Origin: Vicugna vicugna
Lineage: Eukaryota
Assembly (NCBI GenBank): GCA_013265495.1
Contig: MU058226.1
Span: 458,741-522,740, forward strand
DNA length: 64,000 nucleotides
Direction: 5' to 3'
Under the pieces are notes generated by a model. The model was not told where the DNA came from. It saw only the letters and a program-made list of their open reading frames with translations, and did no database searches. Shown here one piece after another: positions 48,332 to 63,981 of this stretch. Position numbers and translations under genes: made by a program. Position 1 is the stretch's first letter. The number at the start of each line of letters is the position of its first letter.

Positions 48332-51300
48332 TCACTTGAGGGCCTCCGCATGGCGATTCAGGGCCTGAGAAAGGGCGGTCACAGCTCCCATCACACGGCC
48401 CAGTTCCCAGGTCTCAATCTGGCTTCGGAATCGCTGCAGGAAGCGGTCGGGGTGCCAGCGGACCTGCTGGACCCTCAAGTACCTCCTCAGAGCCCCCTGC
48501 TCCTCCAAAGGGGGGCCCCTGGCCACCAGAGCTGCAGCCATGGCCTCCGGGTCCCCTCCCCCAGGGCAGGGCCAGGGTACATCGCCAAAGCGCCAGAGGC
48601 TGCCCCTCCCTGCTCCTCTGGGGTGCTCTGCCCTGGGCCCTGCCCTGGCTGGCTCCTGCGCTCGGTCCCCGGGAGCCTCCTGTGCCCTCCTGGCTCGGCT
48701 CTCACGCAGTTCTTCCTCCTTGGCCCGGGCTTGCTCTCGGAAGAGCCGCTGCTCCTCCTCCTGCTGCCGCCAGCTGTGACTGGAGCCCTCAGCCCGCGGG
48801 GGTCGGCAGGCTCCCTCCGCCTCACGCTGCTGCTGCTGGCGCTTCTGGGCATGTTCCCGGGCCATGCGATCTGACCAGGCTGAGAAGGACTCAGGTTCCT
48901 GGGTCTCGTGGGCAGCATCATCTGTTTGGGAGGGCAGGATGGGGGTGGTTGGGGAGAGGCCGTGAGAAGGTGCCATGGGAGCATTCATGCAGCGAGTGTA
49001 GGAAAAGCGGCCACTGGGGAAGAAGGGAGGCTGTGGATGAAAATGGATTCCTTACCTTCAAATCTTCCAATGACCTCCTGCCACTCATCCTCCAGCTCTC
49101 CCTGTAGCTTCTGTCTCCACTCCCGTTCCTTGGAAGCCTCATCTTCCTCCTCTTCTTCAGCAGAATCCCAGGGGGGTCCCCAGCCCAGAATTTGCCCAGG
49201 GGTCTCCCCATCCTTATTCTTTATTCCCATGGCAGAGGGACAGCGACTCAGCAGTGGCAAGAAGAAATCCGTGTAGGCTGTTGGTGTGAGAGCATTGAGC
49301 AGAAGTTAGCTGGGACTCCCACTCCTTGGCAGGGCCGCCATCTTGAATCCTGCTGGTCACTCCACTCCCTTGGTCTTAGAGCAACAAAAAGGCTGCCCAC
49401 ATGGATGCCTCCTGGGTACTAGGAAATCACCGTCACTCACAAAATATTTACCGATAGCTTACCACATGCCTGATAAGCATGGTAGTTTAAAATATTCTGA
49501 CCTGTGTCTTCATAAACCAATTTACTGTCCTGGGAGCTCTACTATGTCAAATGACATTTTCCGGCCTGCCTCTAGCCATCTAGGGGATGTCAAGAACTCC
49601 TGACTATGTATTCCATTTCGGGCTTGAATACCTCTCAGTGTGTTTCTCAGCCAAAACTATTCAAACTGATAAAATACCTGAACATCCTACCCTGTACCAT
49701 TATAAATATAAAATATGTAATATTTACCTTTTTATATCACTTTTCAATAAACTGAGTAAGATAATTATTTTCAGGGGAATTTCTCTCAGCCAGCCTTGCC
49801 CAGGGGATGCTGGGAGGGGGGTGAGGAGAGGTAGAGAGTCCACACCAGCAAGGAAATTGAGCCACAGAAATGTTCCCAGCACAAAGCAGACTCTTTCCAA
49901 ATGACCACTAACCTAAGGCAAGGGAAAGGGGCTGAGACAGAGGGTTTCACCCAGGGGCTGACTGACAGGAGGCTGGCGGAAAACAGCAGAGGGACTGAAA
50001 TTTCTGAGTTCCCTTCTTCCTGAGCCCTGACCTCAATGCATCTCCTCTAGTGTTTGCCAAGTACCATGCTGCTCACTTCACTGCCAACCCAGCACCCTAC
50101 CCCTGGCCAGCCCCACTTGCCATGGCCTCTTCACTCCCAGGACAGAGGAAGGGGAGTGAGGCACCCTCCCTTCCTGTAAACCTACTTTCTCTCCCTAGGG
50201 CAGGAGGAAATGGGCCAGCAATCCTTAAATCTTTATTCTGTGGTGCTAGAACACACTGGCTACCTTGCAAAAGGACAGGACAGTGGAAGGGTTGTCCTGC
50301 CACTGCCAGGAAAGCAGAAGACAGACTGGGTTCAACCTTGGCTGGCCAAGGCCCACTGCCCCCACTCACCTCCTGGCACACTTGCATGTCACCCCACCCA
50401 AACCACATCAGGACGAGGGCTGAGGGCGCTTGGCTTTAGTACTGATGTGACCCATCACAAGCCCTCCCAACCTGTCCCACCCAGCAAGTACCTGGTCTTG
50501 TCTTTCAACTGTTTATTCCCCACCAGGGTTCATAGCCAGGTGTGAAGGTAGGTGGATGCTCAGGCTTGCACAGGAGGCTTTTAAATTCACAGATTTTAGG
50601 GAGCAAGTCCTCCAACTATATAAAACATGATAAGTAGAATCTGCTACATAATATTAAACAGTCACTAAAAATTATGTTTGTGTGTGGAAAAGCTCACCTC
50701 AAAACTGTGCAATTGGATCCTATCACAACTGCATAAAAAAAGAGACCAAATCCTATGGTTGAAAAAACAGCCTGGAGGGAAAGATGTAAAACTTCTAGTC
50801 TCTGAGTGGTAGGACTATGGGTGGCTTTCCCCCAGTCTTAGCTGATGTTTTTATGTGAAAGGGACATAATATGAAATTTTTTTTAAAGAATGAGTAATAA
50901 ATTTAATCACTGTTAACAATTTGCTATGGACCCTTCCAGTCCTGTCTTGGTGTATACAGACATACATAATGATAATTTCTTTTCAGAGATATGTGACTAT
51001 ACTACAATGTACTGTTTGACAACTTGTTTTTTCACTTAACACCTCATTTATATTTTCCACAGGAGTAGACATAGTCTAACTCATTCTTTTTTATGACTGT
51101 GTAGTGTTCTGCTGTGTGTATGAAACAAACAAATCTTCCCACCCCCAAAAGACAGACTCTGTTTCCAAAAATGATGAGCCTCATGCATCCGTTTTTGTGG
51201 ACTCCTTACAGTACTTCTGTGGGGGTAGATTCTCAGAAGTGGAATTTCTGAGTCAAACAACATGTACAGTTTTGCCAAACTGCTTTCAAAAAGTTTGGCC

Positions 51301-54300
51301 AACACTTCATCAAGAATATACGAGCACTTGTGTCATCCTTTACCAAACTTGAGTATTACCAACCCTTTAAATTTTGCCCATCTGATAGATTAAACAAACA
51401 ACTTTACTAATGAAAGATTTTTCTTTTTCATATGCTTTCTGGCTCTTTGTGTTTCTCTTGAAAATAAATTGTCATATTCTTTGTCTATTTTCCCTCTAGA
51501 AATTATATATGCAGACATGAGAGCTCTTAATACAGTATAGATATCAATCCCTTGTGTCTGTTACATATATTGTAATTATTTTCTCCCATCTGTCTTTTTA
51601 AAGTGTTTATGTAGTTAAATCTGAAACAATATTTTCTTTTATAGATTTTGACTTTATTTCACTCTTAGGAAGGTTTTATATCACTCCAAGATCATTCCTT
51701 TGTATTTCTTCCTAAAACATTTATTTTTCAGAAATATAAAAAACTGAGGTGGGTGGGTATAGCTCAGTGGTAGAGTGTGTGCTTCGCATGCACGAGGTCT
51801 TGGGTTCAATCCCTAGTACCTCCATCAAAAATAAATAAGTAAATAAAAAAATAAAGACAAAAAAAAAAAAAGAAAAAACACTGAAAAAAAAATGTAAAGC
51901 ACAGTATGATAAGCATCCCTATTCCTGCTAACATATGAGGTATGTTAATGTACTTTCATTTTTACAACATCATTTTACTTTAAAGAAATAAAAACATCAT
52001 AGATAAAGCTAAGCTTTTCTTGATTCTTCCAAGTTTTATCCACCCCACCCTCCACTGTGCAGGGAAAACCCTCCTATGCATTTGGTATGTACCCTTTCTG
52101 TCATATTTAGATGATTAATCTGCTGTAATTTACTTTTGAGTTGGCTGTGAGCTAAAACTCTTCCCCAGAGAAGCCAAATAGTCTAGTACCATTTATTAAA
52201 TAGTTCACCACCCCCCTCCAGGGATGTGAAATGCTGACTTTTCCATCAATTTAGCAGTCTAAGATCAACTTTTCTCAATGTTCTTTAATTAACATGTTCT
52301 ACTTTTATTTTGGGAAAAATAAATATGAAAAAACCCACACTTCATCTTAGTGATGGAAGCACTGCTCTCCTCCCCATAATGAGACATGATTTCTACCTTA
52401 AAGAGATGTTCATACTAACTGGTACGACATATTTTGAAAAAACTGCCTGTATCAAAAGCTTATATTGAGTGACGACTGACTGCGGTGCAGAGGAAGAAAA
52501 GGTAACAGTGGGCAGCGTGGTTGGAGAGGGCTTCTAGAAGGAGGTGGGGCTTACACTGGCTGAGAAGGGAGAATAACTCAGCAAGGTGGAAAACTTAGCA
52601 AGGTGTACAGGAAGGTGAAAGGCAAGAGACAGATAACAGACAGGCAGGTTTACTGAAAAGATGCTTGGGGTCACTGCAGACAGAACCGCGTAGCAGGAGT
52701 TGCAGATTTGTAGGTGTCCTGTGAGAGATAAAGTTGGAAAGGCAAAGGGAACGTAAACCGGATGGCTCAGTCATCTGTAAAGCAGGGCCACAGCCTACTT
52801 CTACTGAGCAGATCAAAGTGGGTAATGGGTGGGAAATGTCTAATACTGTGCTGGCACAGAGCAGAAGTGTAGTGAATATTACATTAAAAAAAGAAAAAAA
52901 AAAACTAAGCTGGCTTTGGACTTGTTCTTTTTACAAAGACTGTGAGAAAATGACCTCTTGTTTCTCAACGTTCAAAGGCTTCAAAAGCAGTGCCATCCAC
53001 TGGCACCTCACTGGATGTGACAACCCAGCCCAGCCACTCCAGCATGAACTGGCACGTCCCTCAGACCTGACACGGGAACTGAGGGAAAACCTCCACTCCC
53101 CCAGGAGATTCCGGGTCATTTCATCTGTTCAAAGAAAACATTTGCATTTTAAGGCAGTGGTCTCCAGAGATGGGCCTTTCTACCAAGGAGTTAGAAGGCC
53201 ACCTGCTGGCAGGGCTGGCAGAGGATTGGGAGGAAAGAAGGCCTGAGAGGGCTTGGGAGTGACCTGAGTATAAGTGAGATTTCAGCAAGGTCTAGAACCT
53301 TCTGGGTCCTGCTTCCCTCATCTGTATATGGAATAATAATATCAATCTCATATGCTTCTTAGAATTCAGTATGATGAACAAAGCACCTATCTACTATGAG
53401 GGATATTTTTGTTACTCAGAAAGCCTTAGTTAAATAATGTAAGAATAAAAATAACAGTTCTTATCATCTGGCGAGTACCAAAACTGCACCAAGTGCTTGC
53501 CTCATTTACTAGTCACAACTTCCATTTTAGAGAAGCAAATTGGATTTGTAGAGGCTAAGCTGCATGTCCCCATCACACAGCCTTTAAGTGACAGAGCTGG
53601 AACTTGGATGGGGTCTGAGGTCTGTCTCAGGGTACTCTGCTCTGTTGCCACGTACAATGGCAATGTCAAGTTGGATGCCTGCCCTTTGAAGACCTTCTCT
53701 CTTTGTTTTTAAGTTAAAAAAACTCTGAGTAGGCCAGCCTATCTCACTCATGTTAGGGGAGTTAAAGAAAAGGGGATTTTTGACCAAATTGGGGAGGTTC
53801 CAGGGTGTGAGTGGGGTACCTGTATATTCTTGGAGAGCTGGGGGATGATAACAGCAATCAAACTGAGTTCAGGTTGCTCATCTCAACCTAGAGGTTTTCA
53901 TCTAACGTTCTTACTTGAGAAGGAAAATCTCTAGAAGGGGAAAGGGAATTTCACCTACTATCTTCCTAGGGAGGGCTGTACCTCTACAGAGCTCCCTCCA
54001 CTGCCACTATAGTATTAACAGGTCCCCATATGAAACCCTCCATATCGAAGGCTTTCCAGAATGCAGATATATTTGGGGATTTGACAGAGTTGAACTGAAA
54101 ATACATAGAGTCAGCCCTCCATATACTTGGGTTCCACATCCGCAGCTTCAACCAACCACAGATCTAAAACATTCAGGAAAAATAAAATGACAGAAAGTTC
54201 CAAATAGCAAAAATTGAATTTGATGCTTTCCTGCAACTACTTACATAGCATTGACATTGTATCAGGTATTACAAGTAATCTAGAGACGATTTAAAGTAAC

Positions 54301-56165
54301 AAGAAGATAGTATGTAGGCTAGATGCAAATATTATGTCATTTTATATAAGGGACTTGGGCATCTGTGGATTTTGGGATTCAGGGAGGTGGGTCCTGGAAC
54401 CAATCCCTCTTGGACATCAAGGGACAACTGCACACTGTATATTATGTATCCCAGGAGAGCCTGGGCAGCCCCAGTCACCAAATGCATCAATGTTTCTGCA
54501 GTGAAATGTATGAATATTGACATCAATAGGAGAAAAACATATCATAGATAGCCTCATTTTAGCTCAGGTTAGGTTTTGTCACCAAATGAGTTTGGTGGCA
54601 AACTGACGAAAAATGCTTCATTCTCAAGAGTGTTTTTGAGTTTCAGAACTGAGGGTAAGAGAGGAGGCATCTGCTGATAACCACAGGAATAGCGGCCAGC
54701 AACTAGAGTGCTTATCATGTGTCAGGTGCTTTAATTATGTATGGTGTCAGCTGATTCTCAAAACATGTCACAACATGGGCACTGTGAACACGGGCATTAT
54801 CACTGTATAATTCTATAAAGTATCACACTGGATAGAGCAGATATTTAAGAGCATGGATAGTCTAGTTAGGCTGCCTGGGATACAGTCCCTGCTCTACCAC
54901 TTAATAGCTGTGTGACTTCGGCAAATTACTTAACTTCTCTGTGCTGTTTCTCCATCTGAGAAATGGGGGATGATATGAGTATTTATAACTTCATAGGGTA
55001 GTCGTAAGAATTAAATGAGTTGCTGTGTGAGAAGCACCTAGCACACAACAAGGGTTATTATTTTATTTTCCACATGGGCAAATTAAAGATCAGCAAAGTT
55101 TAGTAACTTGCCTAAGAATACACAGCTATTAAGTGTGGAGCTGGGATTTGAACGCAGGCAATGTAACTCCGGAGAGTACCCTCTATTCTACTGTTTGCAC
55201 TACAGGCAACAACCAGTCAAGAGACAAATGAGCTACTAATCCGGGAAGATGTGAAACCGGATACTAGTTGCTGTTTGGGGAATAATGTAAAGGCACAAAT
55301 GATAGTCACAAGTCAACTTGATCAACTACTTCCCTAAGTCCCATGACCAGAAAACTAGCTTATTTTTCAACCACTGGCCTTCAACCATTGGTCTCAGACC
55401 CCATCAGTTGTTCATGACCTTGTCCCCCACCAGGCAGACTCACCATCAGGGCCCTGGCGGGCAGCAGCATGCAGTGCCGTGTCCCCGTGGCGGTCCTGGT
55501 GGGCAGGGTCAGCTCCAAGCCGAAGGAGCAGGCACAGGGCAGGGGCATCATGGCGGGCACAGGCCCGGTGCAGTGGTGGGGGCTGCCCAGCATCTACATC
55601 AAGGCCTGGGTGTCTCTGGAGGAGGGCTTGGGCCCGAACCAGCCGTCCTGCAGACAAATAACGACGGAAGCGACGTTCTCGGCGTTGGCGACGGGAAGTG
55701 GAGGCCATGGAACTCTTGGGCTGAGGAAGAAGGAAAAAAATGCAGCAGTCAAGACCCCCAGCCTTGGATGGTCCTTTCCCTTCCATCTCTGACACTGTTT
55801 CTCCCTTCCGTTCCCCATTTCTTCTGACATCTTCAGCTAGAGATAAGGCCTGTCCTAACCCTCATTCCTTTACCAGGCGATAGGTTTGAAAAAAATTGAG
55901 GGGGGCTGGGGTCACATTTATTTTTTAATGTAAAATTTGAGGAAAGGATAAATGATTACTTCAAGGCTCACTAGTCCATTTTTTTTAAATAAAGGACTTT
56001 GTTATATAATAAAAAACAGACTGGTGGGGTAAATTTTTATCAAAAGAAATTTGAATCTTAAGTCACGGATAATTTCAAATAATGATCTAGAAATTGAATA
56101 TGATGTACCCGGTAGACAGATGTAGAGGCTTCTCCCTCTGGGACTTGGGGGGAGGGGTTACTCAT
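48332..56165 (-). CDS. NFKBIL1: NF-kB inhibitor-like protein 1 (ankyrin repeats), 381 aa
   Basis: Exons 56165-56109, 55720-55444, 49277-49056, 48921-48332 (1146 nt). MSNPSPQVPEGEASTSVYRPKSSMASTSRRQRRERRFRRYLSAGR...HGDTALHAAARQGPDAYTDFFLPLL...QVRWHPDRFLQRF...ALNRHAEALK. Confidence 0.97.
51748..51880 (+). mobile_element. tRNA-derived SINE (camelid-type) inside an older L1 fragment
   Basis: GGGTGGGTATAGCTCAGTGGTAGAGTGTGTGCTTCGCATGCACGAGGTCTTGGGTTCAATCCCTAGTACCTCC plus an A-rich tail. Confidence 0.88.
53196..53211 (-). promoter_or_regulatory. Candidate CTCF site in NFKBIL1 intron 2
   Basis: Minus strand TGCCAGCAGGTGGCCT matches the CTCF core. Confidence 0.5.
54108..54430. mobile_element. MER2-like (TcMar-Tigger) non-autonomous DNA transposon
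   Basis: Imperfect terminal inverted repeats GAGTCAGCCCTCCATA / GGACATCAAGGGACAACTG; internal ACAAGTAATCTAGAGA and TTTTATATAAGGGACTTG motifs. Confidence 0.75.
54830..55200. mobile_element. Two adjacent MIR elements in opposite orientation
   Basis: GCTGTGTGACTTCGGCAAATTACTTAACTTCTCTGTG...CATCTGAGAAATGGGGATGAT, followed by AGTAACTTGCCTAAG...GGAGCTGGGATTTGAAC. Confidence 0.65.
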
Positions 56166-56169
56166 CAGA

Positions 56170-57263
56170 CCTGCCCCCCCGCCCCCCTAAGTACCCCCGG
56201 AGCAGTAGGCTCAAGGCCTGTGTTTAAGACGCTCGGAGGAAGGGAGGCGGGAAGGGCGGAGACACTCTAGGCTGACGGAAATGGCGCAAGCCAAGACGCA
56301 GGTGAAGGGCGGAAATGAACTGTGTGGCGCGTTATCGATGTCCTTCCGCCCCAAGGGGGCGGGAGGTGTTTCCTCGCTGTAGTCTCCGGGGGGGAAACTA
56401 GGGAAATCAAGACAAACGGTCCGTTTGAAACCGGAAGACTGGACGATAATGCGATATGCGATGAAAAGGTAAGCATAGGCAAGGGCTATGTGGAGGTTTA
56501 AGCCCGCCTCCCCCAACTGAGGAGAGGAGATGGTTCAGTGGTAGACAAAAAAATGAGAAAAGAGAAAATAGGAGAATATAAAAACAGGATAAATATCACA
56601 GTGAAAATGGAAAACCAAACCCAAAACCATAGTGAGGCCAAGAAGAGGGACAGATCATAAAGAGAAAAACACAGACATAAAAAAACACGCGGAACAACCG
56701 TAGGACAAGGAAAGTGAGATGGGTGCAGAAATTTGGAATTGGGAAAGATGTAGAAAAATTAGATGGAAATGGCAGGGAGAAAAAAGAGAGGAAGAGAAAT
56801 TGGAAGAATTCAGAGAAGCCCAGCATACTCTGTTCCCAACACGCCACGCATGGTAATTTCTTTTTCTCCTCAACCCATTTTTAATCCCTCTATGCCTCCT
56901 TCTCTCCCCAGTACTCCTTTCCTCTCTACCCCTGCCCCCATTCCTAGACCTTCCTACTGGGAAGGTCTATACCTGCTATGATGGTAGCAGGCAGCTTTGG
57001 GCGTGGTCTCTGCTGCCCTCAGGCGGTTCTTCTGGGTACTGCCAGAGTGAGATGTGGAAGAGGACCAGCCATCAATGGGAGGATCATTTTGGGAGAGACA
57101 CCAGGCGCAAGAGGCTGAGTGAAAAGGGGAGCACTAAGACCCAGGGGTAGGGGAAGGCTGCAGCAAACAGCTGGAGGAGAAGTAGGCGGTTTGGAGAGGA
57201 AAGAAGGGGGAGCCATCTGGTACCTTGGTAGCATCTGAAACAGCATCGGTCATAACGACACAA
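56170..57263. promoter_or_regulatory. Divergent NFKBIL1 / ATP6V1G2 promoter region
   Basis: Head-to-head ATGs about 1.1 kb apart; CpG-rich 56190-56510 with CGGAA(A/G) ETS motifs and GC boxes. Confidence 0.7.
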
Positions 57264-58411
57264 ATGGCCAGTCAGTCCCAGGGTATCCAGCAGCTCCTGC
57301 AAGCCGAGAAGCGGGCGGCTGAGAAGGTGGCAGATGCCAGAAAGAGTGAGTCTCCTCATGTCTCCGTTAGAAGTCTGGAAAGAAAATTGGACGTGATAAC
57401 AAACATTTTTGAGTCCTTGGGATAACTCAAGGCTGGAGAGGAGGGAGACAGCTGGGGGCTGCAGTGGCTTCTTAGAAGGGAAGAAATGGGTGGCTGTTGG
57501 AATCTAGCACCTGGTTGACTGAGAGAAGGCAGAGTAACTTTTTGGAAAGGACTGACCCCTACCATCACATTTGGTGGGGGGGGGGGTTCTACACCTCTGT
57601 CCTTCCTTTTGCTTCCAGGAAAGGCCCGGCGTCTGAAGCAGGCAAAGGAAGAAGCACAGATGGAAGTGGAGCAATACCGCAGAGAAAGAGAACAGGAATT
57701 CCAGAACAAGCAGCAGGCGGTGAGTCCTGGGGAAGTTGGGAGGGGACCCCAGGGTGCAAGTTGGTGGGTACCTCTGGTGAGGTGTGTATAGGGTGATCCC
57801 ACAAGAAAATAAGGTGGTAAAGGGCTAAAGGGGACCCTGGCGAGGGCCATGACATTGGTCAAGCTTTGTGATATGTAAAAGAGTCTGGAAGTTTTGAAGG
57901 GCTTGTACAATTTAGGGAGGTGGGGGGAATCGCCACATTTTATGTAGAGTATGATGATGACATTTGGGGTGGAAGGCAGAGCTTTATGGGCATGGTGGTG
58001 AGGTGGTGGGGATTGTATGGTCTGTTTTAGGATGATGCTGCATGTCAGGTCTTAGAGGAGAGGGCGTTGTGTGGCTCTTTGGTGTCTGGATATTACCATG
58101 GATGGGAGTGGTTTTGGAGAGGGCCTTTCTTCCTGGCCTGGCTCCAGGATCCTTCCCTCCACATGCCTGGATGCTTCTTTTTCTGTTTCTGCCTTTTCCT
58201 TTCTCTCTTCCACTCCTCCCAACCCCTCCCAACCCAGGCCATGGGCTCCCAGGGGAACCTGTCTGCTGAGGTGGAGCAGGCTACAAGGCGCCAGGTGCAG
58301 GGCATGCAGAGCTCCCAGCAGAGAAACCGAGAACGTGTCCTGGCCCAGCTTCTTGGCATGGTCTGCAACGTCAGGCCCCAGGTCCACCCCAACTACCGGA
58401 TTGCTGCTTAG
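57264..58411 (+). CDS. ATP6V1G2: V-type proton ATPase subunit G2, 118 aa
   Basis: Exons 57264-57345, 57619-57719, 58238-58411 (357 nt). [55 protein letters not shown]...VRPQVHPNYRIAA. AATAAA at 59309-59314 and 59323-59328. Confidence 0.97.
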
Positions 58412-60419
58412 AATCCACCCCGGTGCCTGACTCCTCCTGCCAGTTCCCTCCTTCAAAGAACTCCCTAAGTCAAAATCACCTCCCACCATAATCCTTCTCT
58501 CCTTTCCACTCCCAAGAAATTCTTGGAAGCAGGCTCCAATAATTCTCCCTTGAAATTCATAAATGTCCTGCTCAGACCTGAATCTCCTGATTGTCCTTTA
58601 ACCTTCAGTGGGACCTCATAAACTCCCAAGTCACCCTCATGAAATTTGTAGCATGGAGAAATAGGGATGTGGAAAATACTAACTTCAAAGCCTGGAAGGC
58701 TTGGGTCTCTCTCCCGACCCTGCCACTTGCTGGCTGGGCAACCAGGACAAGCTACTTCAGCTGTAGCCCCAGTGTCCTCTGCAAGACTGGAATAGTAACA
58801 ATCACGCCTACTTTGCAGGGTTGCTGCAATTACTAGGATTCTTCCGTAAAGAGCCTAGCATGGTTTCTGGCATGTGGTAGCTGTGGTCCAATAAATGGCA
58901 ACCCTGTTATATTATTACTATTTCCTGCCCACCTACCAAAACCTAAACACAGCTGATTCCTCACTTCTGTCTGTGGCTAATTCTACTCATTCATTCTGTG
59001 GTGCGAGTTATTCTCTAAAGAATTGGTTTTTCCCACCTCTTTTCCCAGAGACCTTATGATCCCTGAAAAAATGAAATGATGATCTCATTTAGCCTCTCTA
59101 CTGTGGTTCCAGGAAGATGTTTGCATTTATTAGCCTCTCTTTTTGTCTCTCTTAAGTTGGTCTTTCTCTTTATTGGATTTTCCTCTCTCCCTAATTCTCC
59201 AAAGACCCATCAGATGTTCACTGCTTCCTGAGATCTAAAGTGACGCTGTTCCCTCGTATGCATGGCCTTCCTTTCTACATCTTCAACACCTTACTTTGCC
59301 TTTGTAACAATAAAAAAGTGTCAATAAAATAATTATGGGCAAATCGATTGGTGGTTCGAATCAGCCTCCTTTTGTTTCATTTCTCATTTTCAGTCACTCT
59401 TGTTCCTTGTTTACTGATTCCCCAAACAGCCAAAAGGGCTGTCCTTTGAAGATTGTTGGAGAAACAAAAGCAAATGGTACGTAATTTTTTCTCTAAAGTG
59501 AGAAACAAGTGGTTCCTCCTTTGGGAACCTGAGGACTAAAGATGGCAACTGTAGAGAAAAGCTAGGATGTAGGAACAAGCACTCTGCCCCTTACGATGCT
59601 TTATTTTCCTTCATAGCACTTATCGATACTTGACATGTTTATGTGTTGTCTCCCCTATTATGTGAACTCTGTGATCACAGGTGTTCACTGCTGTGTCCCC
59701 AGATTCTAGGATGGCACTTGGCACAGGATAGACAATTGATAAATACTGTTGAAAAAATTGATATTGTGGGTTGGAAAAACTGCCCCCCCCAAAAAAAACT
59801 GCCCTTCCATGACACCATCCTTGGATTACTGTTCTTTTGACCACAGGAAACAAGCCTGTTTCATCAAGGACTTAAACCAATGAGATAATCCGTAGTTTAT
59901 TAACTAGACTCTTGAAGCAGGTGGAAAGGTAGAGAATAAAGAGATGTGTACATTTTGGCTCTGTCACCTGTTAGCTGTATTACTTTGGAAACATGTTGCT
60001 TTATTACTCTAAATCTGCTTGCTTGTTATAGAATGGTATTAATGATACACCATGATGTTAAGTGGTTAAGTGTGACAACAGGTAAAGGGCCAAACGTTTG
60101 TCATTTTTGTTATGTCACATTTGACTTCTGTAGCATATAAAGGCGGGGGTTGGGGAGGGACACATCAAATGTTTTATTCAAGAAAAATCCAGGCTGAACA
60201 AAGGAGCTACTGGGGGCGGGGCTAAGTACATTCTGGTCAAATTAACAATATTTATAAAACGTTACATAACCCTCCAGCCCTACCATTTATCTTTAACACT
60301 TGGGGCAGAATCTAGACCCCGTCCCCCATACGGTGGCTTCAGAACACCTTTTTGATTCGCAGTCCAAGTCCACGAACTTCAGGGACCTTAAGGCATCAGC
60401 TACATCGGCCCACTTTATT

Positions 60420-61250
60420 TTGGGCAAATGCCGCCCGCCTGCCCTACGGCTAGGGAAAGGGTAGGGGTAGGACCGTGAGCACTCGCTTCCCTCACCTGGA
60501 GCCTGCCGTCCCCTAGCTCCCGCTCCAACGCCCCCAGGTCACCTTGACTACCGGGCCAAGGACCCCGTGGGAACTCGCAGTCCCGCCACCTTGGGTCCTC
60601 GTGCCCCCCGGAGGGGTGCCCAGAGAGAAGACCTGCGTGGCAAGAACCTAAATAAAGAGGAGAAGGGCGTGGAAAAGAGTAGGACAAGAAGAAAAGAATA
60701 ACCATCTGAGAAGATGCTAGTCTCCTTTATGCTTTTATTACTGGCAGTAGCGGAGCACTTAGAAGTGGCTTAAAAAATTTTTTTTTCACACAGGCATCTC
60801 TAAAGACAACCAGAGAGCGTGCGGAACTATAGATCAGTGGAAGGTCCTTCTTCCGGTCCCTTGCGTCTGCGCTCTCGCAGCCCAGAAGGCGGGAGGCCTG
60901 GGTAGAGGGAAGCCGGGAACCGGAAGTGAAGGCAGATTCCCTCCTTCGTCTCTGTTGCCGCCGCCATACGTCTTCGCCTTGCCCAGGTAAGCCTTGGCCT
61001 TCGGTACCATCCACGTCCATCTGCGTTCCTCTGCGGCCATCCTGTCGCATGGGCTCCTGATAACCACAGTATAGGCTCTGGTCTGGTCGCTGGGGTCTGG
61101 TTGGGTCATTACATCCATCGTTTGCATCTCTTTCGGGAGCAATAATTTTCAGGGGGAGGTAGGGAATCTAGGGGGTCAATCCAAGATGGTGGCTTCGTCG
61201 CCATTGTGTTTCCTTTGCTTTTCGCTCCTCCAGTGGACCCCTAATTTATC
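60420..61250 (+). promoter_or_regulatory. DDX39B CpG promoter and non-coding exon 1 (donor at 60986)
   Basis: CpG-rich; tandem ETS-like CCGGGAACCGGAAGTG at about 60913-60928; several YY1-type CGCCAT/GCCAT motifs; CCCAG|GTAAG donor. Confidence 0.75.
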
Positions 61251-61707
61251 AGAGGCCCCAGCGACCGTGATAGGAGGTGTTATGCGTTCTCTGATCCTGG
61301 GCTTTGGGGGAAGGCGGGGCTCTTCTCACCTTCCCGCTTTTCTCTGAGCCCTTGGCCCGCGGTGGAAATAGTTGGCTTCTGGGCCTAGTTGGACTCTACT
61401 TGTCCACCATTATTTGGAGCGCTGTCCAAATGTTGACGAGTGGTGTCATTGTGTTTTTCGGAAAGGAGTCGCCCCTGAGGAGTAGCCCAACGGTGCTGTG
61501 AGACCACTTGGCAAAGATTCTGTTAGCTGGAACGAGAATACATCTTTCTCAATTATTATCTTTTTACTCATCGTATGAAGGAGTTTTTTCTGGCCGGGCC
61601 ATTTCTCTGCCCCCCCCCCCCCGCAATTAATTAAGGATTTCTTAAGCATCAGAAGGAGGTTACTGAGGACTGGGAGGCTGGAGTGCTGGGTGGGAGAGGT
61701 GGATGGC

Positions 61708-61786
61708 AGCCACATTATGTTTTCATTTTGAAAGGTAAGGGCTTTGCGCAATGACGACTTGAATCTATCACCCTTGACTGATGGCT
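61708..61786 (+). ncRNA. SNORD84: C/D box snoRNA SNORD84 (U84) in DDX39B intron 1
   Basis: AGCCACATTATGTTTTC...GCTTTGCGCAATGACGA...ATCTATCACCCTTGACTGATGGCT. D box CTGA at 61778-61781, terminal stem TGGCAGCCA/TGGCTGCTA. Matches recalled U84 and its host intron; box C is degenerate. Confidence 0.85.
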
Positions 61787-62219
61787 GCTATGTTAGAGGT
61801 TGACGCTTTGAGATTGTAGGGAAAGCACCAAGGTCTTCCATTGAGGATTCTTTCTTTTTTTTTTTTTTTTGGGGTCATTTCCGTCTTCATTCTCCGCTTT
61901 CTTCAGTCATTAGTCATGTTTTGTTTTTCACGGGTTTTTTTCCCCTCACTACCGTCACATACCAAGACTGTATAAGCTGGTCTTGCCCTTCCAACTTAGC
62001 GTTTTCTGCTTCTCCTATACTGTCTCCTTGGGAACCTGTGTCCTAACTACCTCCCTTGGGGCCACTTTCTCTATTACCTGTATTATGTTTGCCTTTTGCT
62101 ATTATGTCTTGTTCCTTTGTTACTTTTCTTTCCAGGTAAATAAATGTTTCATAGTTTAGGGAGAGCAGGAAGCGTGTGGGTATAGAAAAGGCTGTGAAGG
62201 CCCAGCTCATGACTGATGA

Positions 62220-63981
<1,762 letters not shown>

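Noticed and set aside
48350..49107. Long antisense and alternative-frame ORFs over NFKBIL1 exons (also over LTB, TNF and the PRRC2A CpG island)
   Set aside because: Shadow ORFs expected in GC-rich coding DNA; no recognisable domains or splice support.
51751..51825. tRNA-like sequence with A and B boxes (also at 22170-22250 and 43020-43090)
   Set aside because: Followed by A-rich tails, with TSDs at two copies, and repeated three times with divergence: SINE heads, not tRNA genes.
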